The position numbers and the translations under genes were made by a program. Shown piece by piece: positions 57,998-64,000 of a stretch of 64,000 nt of DNA. Source of the DNA: an uncultured bacterium (GTDB lineage: Bacteria > Patescibacteriota > Kazan-3B-28); contig OY968788.1 of the NCBI GenBank assembly GCA_963695435.1, forward strand, positions 477,456 through 541,455, in the 5' to 3' direction. The notes under the pieces are model-generated. The model saw only the letters and a list, made by a program, of their open reading frames with translations. It did not search any database and was not told the origin of the DNA. How positions within the stretch are numbered: position 1 is the first letter of the stretch; each line of letters begins with the position of its first letter.

Positions 57998-58177
57998 TCG
58001 TCGCAACAGTGTCGCTCTGACGGTCAGCTCGGCAAGTTCGCTGACCTATTGAAGCTTCACGTTGCTCCTCTCGAATTCACAAACAGCCTACGGCTTGGTT
58101 TGTGAATTCGGATTTTTTGCTCAAACCTAAAATAACAAGTTTGAACAATCGCGAGGAATTCTCTGAATGTTAAGTTC

Positions 58178-58252
58178 TGGTGGGCGCAGGAGGATTCGGA
58201 CCTCCAACCAACTGCTTAAGAGGCAGCTGCTCTACCATTGAGCTATGCACCC
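58178..58252 (-). tRNA. tRNA-Lys (CUU)
   Basis: Anticodon loop CTCTTAA, T-arm GGAGGTCCGAATCCTCC, CCA encoded. Confidence 0.85.
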
Positions 58253-58448
58253 TCGTCAGAATGGACTCGACCTTACGCTAACACCTTCGACAAGCTCAGG
58301 GTTGCTTTTAGCCTCGTCATTCCTCCTTTCAAAATCACAAACAGTCGCTTCGCTCCTTGGTTTGTGATTTTGTGTTTGGGTTTTCAAACTAATCCCGATC
58401 CCGAATCTAGCTGGTCTGCAAATCGTCTGCGACGATTCTCGTTCCAAC

Positions 58449-58525
58449 TGGCGCCCCGGGCAGGGATCGGACCTGCGACCTACTGCTTAGAAGGCAGTCG
58501 CTCTAATCCACTGAGCTACCGGGGC
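58449..58525 (-). tRNA. tRNA-Arg (UCU)
   Basis: Anticodon loop CTTCTAA. Acceptor GCCCCGG/CCGGGGC. CCA encoded. Confidence 0.85.
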
Positions 58526-58557
58526 AAATTATATCAACTTATCAATGTTGTCTGCAG

Positions 58558-58633
58558 TGGGGTGAGCGACGCGGATCGAACGCGCGACCGCCTGGACCAC
58601 AACCAGGAGCTCTACCACTGAGCTACGCTCACC
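58558..58633 (-). tRNA. tRNA-His (GUG) with encoded G-1
   Basis: Anticodon loop TTGTGGT. Extra 5' G opposite discriminator C. CCA encoded. Confidence 0.85.
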
Positions 58634-58717
58634 CCACTAAAGACAACTTATTAATTTCCGATGTAGTTTACCTACTTCTTGACCTCACTACAATGCCCTC
58701 AAATTTAACATACTTCA

Positions 58718-58794
58718 TGGTACCCCCGACAGGATTTGAACCTGTGGCCTTTGGAACCGGAATCCAACGCTCTAATCCACTGAGCTACGGGGGC
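58718..58794 (-). tRNA. tRNA-Arg (CCG)
   Basis: Anticodon loop TTCCGGT. CCA encoded. Confidence 0.85.
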
Positions 58795-58890
58795 TAAGAC
58801 ATACGCAAATACATTATCAGTCTAGCACAGCAATTTCAATAAAAATTCCGCCGTGAAGCGGAAAAGTAGGTTGGCAACTATTTGGATATG

Positions 58891-59274
58891 TTAGCAAATG
58901 GGGGAGTGAGTTTCCAGTTGCTTCAATGCGGATTGCATTTCAGCTTTGGTCATTACAAAAAACTGGAGAAAACCTAGTTGCGAAACTTTTAGCCCACGGA
59001 AGATACTTTTACATTCTCTCTCAACCCTTCTTTCCGTCCACTGGGGATAGAGCTCATGCAGGAGCTCATGAATCAGGGTGATAACGCGGTCGTTGATGCC
59101 AATAGCCTTATTAATGTAGATTTTCAATTCATCCGGAACGATGTACCCTTTCGCCCCTCGAGACCGAGCTTGGCTTTTTTTGGGGAGAAGTTTATTTACC
59201 AATATCACCCGATAGCCCGACTGGACTAGGGTACTTTTTAATTTGTTAAAGATAGTTTTTGTGTTGGTTTTCAT
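58891..59274 (-). CDS. Small HExxH-motif protein (putative minimal zinc metallopeptidase; SprT/DUF45/ImmA-like)
   Basis: LIHELLHELYP...E...ECK motif. Own canonical promoter at 59320-59348. Confidence 0.5.
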   Translation of the reverse strand: MKTNTKTIFNKLKSTLVQSGYRVILVNKLLPKKSQARSRGAKGYIVPDELKIYINKAIGINDRVITLIHELLHELYPQWTERRVERECKSIFRGLKVSQLGFLQFFVMTKAEMQSALKQLETHSPIC

Positions 59275-59319
59275 TTTTACTTCAAGGAAGTGGCCCCCGA
59301 AGGTTTTAACTATTATTTG

Positions 59320-59348
59320 ATTATATCATAAAAACCTCACTCCGTCAA
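59320..59348 (-). promoter_or_regulatory. Sigma70-type promoter TTGACG-17-TATAAT for the HExxH gene
   Basis: Minus strand reads cccTTGACGgagtgaggtttttatgaTATAATcaaa. Confidence 0.55.
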
Positions 59349-59570
59349 GGGTAGGAATACTGGCTCTGGGAGTGTTATCCACACAAATTTGATTCTGGAG
59401 CGGGTAGGGGGAAATGTATCCCCATTGCTATGGGGCCCCGCCGTTCGCCGCATTAGGGTAAACCCAACAAATTTATAGAGCAGTCTCACGCACGAACCCA
59501 TGCCTTCGGCAGAATGCGACTGCGCACTACATTCTCCAACGCAAAAATCGGGGCAAGCCCGATTTCGCGT

Positions 59571-59645
59571 TGGAGCGGGTAGGGGGAGTCGAACCCCCGT
59601 CGCCAGTTTGGAAAACTGGAATAATAACCGTTATACGACACCCGC
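59571..59645 (-). tRNA. tRNA-Gly (UCC)
   Basis: Anticodon arm CCAGT-TTTCCAA-ACTGG, T-arm GGGGGTTCGACTCCCCC, CCA encoded, followed by terminator hairpin at 59547-59563. Confidence 0.85.
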
Positions 59646-59702
59646 ACTTCGTTGGATTCTTGCAGGAACCCCCATTAGAATACCAAACACATTGCACAAC
59701 AT

Positions 59703-59731
59703 AAAACTCTTGCCTCTACAGGCAAGAGTTT
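59703..59731 (-). terminator. Terminator hairpin downstream of hup (ctcttgcc-tctaca-ggcaagag flanked by A/T runs)
   Basis: 8-bp stem. U-run on minus strand. Confidence 0.55.
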
Positions 59732-59755
59732 CGCTTTATTCAAAAATTCCTAGAT

Positions 59756-60028
59756 TTAGCCAATCAGCTTGCGTAGGTCCTTACCTGCCTTGAAGCGGGG
59801 GACTTTGCTAGCTGGGATTTTGATAGCCTTACCAGTCTGCGGGTTGACCCCATTGCGTGAAGCCCTAGAGCTCACGGAAAAAGTCCCGAAACCGGTGATG
59901 GTGACCTTCTTGCCTTTGACCAAATTGTCCTTGATGCTGTCGACGAAAAGGTCTACAGCGCGAGTAGCTGACTTCTTGGACAAATTAGCCTTGCTGGCAA
60001 TCAGTTCGATTAATTGCGACTTATTCAT
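59756..60028 (-). CDS. hup: DNA-binding protein HU
   Basis: 90-aa HU/IHF fold with conserved GFGTF...R..RNP..G arm. Start at internal Met MNKSQL. Confidence 0.9.
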   Translation of the reverse strand: MNKSQLIELIASKANLSKKSATRAVDLFVDSIKDNLVKGKKVTITGFGTFSVSSRASRNGVNPQTGKAIKIPASKVPRFKAGKDLRKLIG

Positions 60029-60108
60029 TCCACCTCCCGATGGGTCAAAACCAATATCGACCCCATTGTAGAAAGCCACGCCCAATCTGTCAAATACTTT
60101 TTTTGGGC

Positions 60109-60510
60109 CTAGATTTTCCCCAGCCACCCCTCCAAAATAAACTGGGCAGAAATAGCATCAATACTGGCCGTACTTTCTGGGTGTTTTTGCAAATATTTGG
60201 CCGCCGATTGGGTGGTAAATCGCTCATCTTCTAAAATAATTTCTGTTGCTATTGCGTCGCGTAGCGTTTCTACTAATTCTTTTACTTTGTGCGCTTGAGT
60301 ACCATGCTGGCCAGTGACAGTAATCGGCAGACCAATAACGATTTTAGAAAAATTATATTGCTGCTGCAGCAATAGCAATTGTTCAACCAACGAATGATTA
60401 TTGGGTAAGTCGGACAGGGGAGTAGCAGTGCGGGTAATCGTGTTGCCGATTGCTGTACCAATGTGGCGGTCCCCAATATCCAAACCTAAAACGATAGTTG
60501 GATCTATCAT
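60109..60510 (-). CDS. ruvX: Putative pre-16S rRNA nuclease / Holliday junction resolvase-like YqgF (RuvX)
   Basis: N-terminal VLGLDIGDRHIGTAIG RNase H-like motif. Confidence 0.8.
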   Translation of the reverse strand: MIDPTIVLGLDIGDRHIGTAIGNTITRTATPLSDLPNNHSLVEQLLLLQQQYNFSKIVIGLPITVTGQHGTQAHKVKELVETLRDAIATEIILEDERFTTQSAAKYLQKHPESTASIDAISAQFILEGWLGKI

Positions 60511-60545
60511 TAGTTCAGTTAAGCTGACCCGCGAGCGAAAGTCAA

Positions 60546-62147
60546 TCACTCGCCGAGATAGACAACATTTAGTTTTATATTGCTAGAAAGAAGTGGGATC
60601 CGAGAAATAAACCGCGGCCAGATAACAATTTCGCTGGAGGCGACATTGGTCAGGCTTTGAAGATAATTTTTGCCAGCGGCTAATGGTTGGTTGACCAAGT
60701 GGTTAGTAATATCTTTCAATTCTAGGCTTGGGCCGATCCTGCCATTTAGCGTTATCGACAGGTTAACCCGGTGGGTCAGGAAGTTTCCTTCCACTACATC
60801 GACTTTGGCGGTATCTACAGTCTGCTTGGTAATTTGTTTTCCTTCCGGCACTTCAAAAGCAGCGGCATTGGCGATCGCTTCCTGAAGTTTATTTTTGATA
60901 ATTGCAATTGTCCAACTTCGCGATTGCACTCGAATTTCAAATTGTGCATTAGTGGCACCTGCGCTTACATTGGGCATTGAATCAATGACATCATTCTGGA
61001 TAAAAGCTGGAACTAATTCTTCGTTCCGTTTCAGTTGTTTTTGGAGCTCGGCTTCGGCTTCAACAAATACATTTTTGGCGGCTGCTTCTTTCGCTTTATC
61101 AATATCTTCCTGCGACACTACTTTAGTAATAATATCGGTGCCGCCAGAAAAAGTGTTAGCTGTTTCACCATAGACCAGTGCTTGCGCGGTAGCGTTTAGG
61201 CCGGGGATAGAAAGTTTGAGCCCGGAAGCAACATTGTATTTGGTGCCTCCCTCATCGGCAGTAGCGTCAACGGTTGCCCGACCGGGAGTTTTGTTGCGGG
61301 CTGGCGGAACTAGAATTTCGCTTTTCAGACGAAAGACTAAGCCATTGGTGGCTTGGAATCGGGTGTTGGCTAGCAGCCCCTCAATACTCCCTGTGTGGTT
61401 AAAGATAGTAATTTTGCCTTCCGCCTTGTTCCCATCATTCTTTTCGCCGGTAGCAGAAAAGGTTGAAACGCTTTCACGAGTGATTTCGAGGAACCGACCG
61501 GTAAGGATGTTCGGCCCGGCCGCTTGCAAATCTTGTTCGTCGGCTAGCACCAGGCTAAGTTGCTTTTTGAATTCTTCTGACTGAACTTCTAGGGTTGCCG
61601 TGGCGCGGGGAATAATAAAGTACCCAACGCTAACAAGCACCACCAATCCTAGCAACACCAGCCCTAAGGTAATTTGATGTTGGCGAGAAAATCGCAATTG
61701 TAGTTTGGTAGCGCTGGTTGATCGGATAAATGAACCAAGGCCGGGCGCGGATAGTCTGCGAGCAGAATAGGAAGGGGAGGGGTTTAGATCGGGCAAAGGT
61801 TCTTCCTCGGCTTCATCATCGGTCATCATTTCGATGTTTTCTCCTACTGAAATTTCCGGCAAGTCGGACTCTACTGTGGCAGTATCTTCGGGCGCAGCAA
61901 TTGCAGTTAGTTCAAAGCCAGCCAGTTCAGCCAGAGTGCTACCGACTTTGTCGGTAACGCTTATACGCGCACTTCGATTGGTTTCATCCAAATACCGTTT
62001 GAGGATTTTCAAATTAAGGGCGCTATGCATCAGTGCTGATCCGACTGGAATCGCTAAGATAAAGTCGGTCGCTTTGATGCGATTTATTTTTGTTAGGACC
62101 TCATTCAGATTGTCCGCGACTTCTAAATAGATAATTGGTTCTGTCAT
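60546..62147 (-). CDS. Hypothetical bitopic membrane protein (533 aa) encoded immediately downstream of ftsA
   Basis: About 150-aa cytoplasmic N-domain, one TM (ITLGLVLLGLVVLVSVGYFII), about 350-aa extracytoplasmic domain. No FtsZ GGGTGTG motif. Confidence 0.6.
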   Translation of the reverse strand: MTEPIIYLEVADNLNEVLTKINRIKATDFILAIPVGSALMHSALNLKILKRYLDETNRSARISVTDKVGSTLAELAGFELTAIAAPEDTATVESDLPEISVGENIEMMTDDEAEEEPLPDLNPSPSYSARRLSAPGLGSFIRSTSATKLQLRFSRQHQITLGLVLLGLVVLVSVGYFIIPRATATLEVQSEEFKKQLSLVLADEQDLQAAGPNILTGRFLEITRESVSTFSATGEKNDGNKAEGKITIFNHTGSIEGLLANTRFQATNGLVFRLKSEILVPPARNKTPGRATVDATADEGGTKYNVASGLKLSIPGLNATAQALVYGETANTFSGGTDIITKVVSQEDIDKAKEAAAKNVFVEAEAELQKQLKRNEELVPAFIQNDVIDSMPNVSAGATNAQFEIRVQSRSWTIAIIKNKLQEAIANAAAFEVPEGKQITKQTVDTAKVDVVEGNFLTHRVNLSITLNGRIGPSLELKDITNHLVNQPLAAGKNYLQSLTNVASSEIVIWPRFISRIPLLSSNIKLNVVYLGE

Positions 62148-63400
62148 CCTAGTCCTTTCATTGACCGAACAATGTTTTGCAACATTTCAGTTACCATGTC
62201 CTCCGGTGGGTTTAGATCGAGCAGTAATTTAGCTAGCCCCAAAGTAGGTAAGTCTGCTGGACTCCAATCGAGCCCGACTTCATCAATGACATTGTCGATA
62301 TCATCGGCGGGAATGACTTCGGGATAGGGTTTATTGGTGAAGGCTAAGTTTTGCGCCCAGTCTTTAGTCAACAAAACCCGACGAAGTTCCGGCAAAGGCG
62401 CACTGCCTCCGGTGAGATAAATTCTAGATGGCAAGGTTTTGAGATCGGAAAATTCTTTTAGAGCAAGTTCGATGCCCGAAAGCCAAACGCGGGCATCCGG
62501 CATAATCATTTCGCTAATTTTATCAGCCGACCGTTTATTCAGTTTGCCTGACCCATGTTCAAGTTTAATTTTTTCCGCCCGATCGGGAGTAGTCTTCAGC
62601 CCTTTTTGAATGCTATGAGTAAACAATTGTCCTCCGAGAGAAAAACTTTGCATTCCTTCAACATTGCCCGCGCGCACCACTACAACATCCGTGGAAGTGA
62701 AACCCACATCTACAAACACACCGCTGTAATCGCGGAGATTGTCGGACTTGGCTAATAACTTGGAGATGCCGTAGGGTTCAGCTGCAATACTCACAAGCTG
62801 AAGATTGAGTTGCCGAGCGAGCCCTTGCAACATACTGGCATAAATAAGCGGGATGTAGGCATTGAATATAGTAAGGGTCAGTCGTTTCCCCTGAAAACCA
62901 ATCGGGTTATTCAGCGTATAACCATCAAATTGCATGTCTACGACTGCCGCGTGGATTAGCTCCACATTGGGATGAGCATCAGCAAACTTTTCCCTTAGCA
63001 CTCCCTTCAGCCGCTCACTAGAGCGTTGCTGAACTTTGTAAATAATGTTTTTTAGCTCGGAAGCGTCTAGTGATTGTTCGGGGTGAGCACGGTCGTAGTG
63101 AACAGTGGTGGTAACGCTTTCTACTAGTTGACCACCCACGCCAAAAATAACGGATTGAGGCTGATAGTCAGCTTGAGCGGCGGCCAGTGTAATCGCTTCT
63201 CGACAAGCACCTGCTACCGCGTCCAAATCTACAATCACCCCGCCCTGTACGCTTTTGGGTGGATACTTCACATAAGCCCGGCCTGCAATATGAAGTTCGT
63301 TATCTTCAACAAAAATAATAACAGCCTTGACTGTCCCTGTTCCCAAATCCAGAATAAGCTGTCTCTGGGGTCCCGAATTTGTTTTACGCCCCCACACCAT
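62144..63400 (-). CDS. ftsA: Cell division protein FtsA-like actin-family ATPase
   Basis: LDLGTGTVKAVI phosphate-1, SHS2-like insert, IYLTGGSAPLPEL adenosine motif, C-terminal amphipathic tail. Confidence 0.75.
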   Translation of the reverse strand: MVWGRKTNSGPQRQLILDLGTGTVKAVIIFVEDNELHIAGRAYVKYPPKSVQGGVIVDLDAVAGACREAITLAAAQADYQPQSVIFGVGGQLVESVTTTVHYDRAHPEQSLDASELKNIIYKVQQRSSERLKGVLREKFADAHPNVELIHAAVVDMQFDGYTLNNPIGFQGKRLTLTIFNAYIPLIYASMLQGLARQLNLQLVSIAAEPYGISKLLAKSDNLRDYSGVFVDVGFTSTDVVVVRAGNVEGMQSFSLGGQLFTHSIQKGLKTTPDRAEKIKLEHGSGKLNKRSADKISEMIMPDARVWLSGIELALKEFSDLKTLPSRIYLTGGSAPLPELRRVLLTKDWAQNLAFTNKPYPEVIPADDIDNVIDEVGLDWSPADLPTLGLAKLLLDLNPPEDMVTEMLQNIVRSMKGLG

Positions 63401-63528
63401 CGTCCAAATCCTTTCGCGTTAACGACGAGTCGCATTCACTTCTCGTCTTTTGGGGCTCAAGGATTTCTCCTCTCCCCAAAATGTTCGCTTCGCTGGAACA
63501 TTTCGGGGGCCCCATAAACACTTTTAGT

Positions 63529-63993
63529 TTACTCTAAAATAGCTTTAATTCGGCGAACACCGGCGCTGCTACTTTCTTCTTTGGTAATGCGGAAATGTCC
63601 GAGCTCTTTACTTGATTTGATATGCGGCCCGCTGCAGAGTTCCCGACTAATAACTTTTCCGTCGTCAGCGGTGATTGTGTACACATCAACCATCTCGGGA
63701 TATTTTTCTTTGAAGAATGCTATTGCCCCCGTCATAACAGCTTGATTGAAGGGGAGGATTTGTTTATCGACCGTAAATCCATTTTGGATAAATTGATTGA
63801 CACTGTTTTCAATTTTGCTGACTTCTTCTGGGGTTAGTTTGCGGGGAAAAGAGAAGTCAAATCTCGCTCGCTCGGGATTGATGTCCGAACCCGCTTGATG
63901 AACTTGTTCGCCCAAGGTTTCCCGCAACGCTTCGTGCAGTAAATGGGAGACTGTGTGCAGACGAGTAATTTTTTGTTTATCTTCTTCGCTCAC
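63529..63993 (-). CDS. AlaX-like alanyl-tRNA editing protein (may extend beyond window end)
   Basis: HxxxH (HTVSHLLH) and CxxxH (CSGPH) zinc motifs of the AlaRS editing / second-additional domain. Confidence 0.7.
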   Translation of the reverse strand: MSEEDKQKITRLHTVSHLLHEALRETLGEQVHQAGSDINPERARFDFSFPRKLTPEEVSKIENSVNQFIQNGFTVDKQILPFNQAVMTGAIAFFKEKYPEMVDVYTITADDGKVISRELCSGPHIKSSKELGHFRITKEESSSAGVRRIKAILE

Positions 63994-64000
63994 TACCGCA

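Overview
This 64 kb window looks like a compact bacterial chromosome segment of the CPR/Patescibacteria type. That assignment is an inference from gene content (very large surface proteins, split or short housekeeping enzymes, LPXTG signals, TsaE/TsaB) and roughly 45-48% GC judged by eye. Recognisable housekeeping genes include smpB with an adjacent tmRNA, mnmA, ndk, an M16 peptidase, rny, tsaE/tsaB, ruvB, uppP, an S8 protease, a cca-like gene, tatD, metG, recX, trxB, hup, ruvX, ftsA and an AlaX-like gene. There are 7 tRNAs: Lys-UUU, Glu, Lys-CUU, Arg-UCU, His, Arg-CCG and Gly. Interspersed with these is a heavy load of giant secreted or anchored proteins (BNR-repeat, Kelch-like, lamin-tail-domain, FN3; two carry C-terminal LPXTG signals) and two adjacent ECF sigma/anti-sigma pairs, one directly upstream of a 1558-aa surface protein. 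Intergenic DNA is dominated by three families of small repeats. The first is GTCATTCTG...CAGAATGAC modular hairpin elements (MITE-like). The second is degenerate CCGCAACGTTGCGG palindromes. The third is 7-nt periodic tandem tracts that place stop codons in all three frames. The most unusual locus is 24.16-27.79 kb, bounded by two inverted copies of the hairpin element and almost devoid of long ORFs. It contains a MerR/Xis-like regulator plus a Cys-rich partner, 14 or more copies of the palindrome in arrays, a second copy of a ~280-bp conserved noncoding element (first copy at 318-618), a Cys-rich small protein gene with a textbook promoter and terminator, and a ~400-nt highly structured RNA candidate ending in a UUCG-tetraloop terminator. 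Two tRNA genes (Glu, Gly) are each followed about 160 bp downstream by a 17-nt duplicate of their own 3' end plus a shared ~95-bp element, consistent with footprints of tRNA-targeting miniature integrative elements. No CRISPR array, reverse transcriptase or integrase is visible. All calls are from sequence inspection and family knowledge only; no searches were run.
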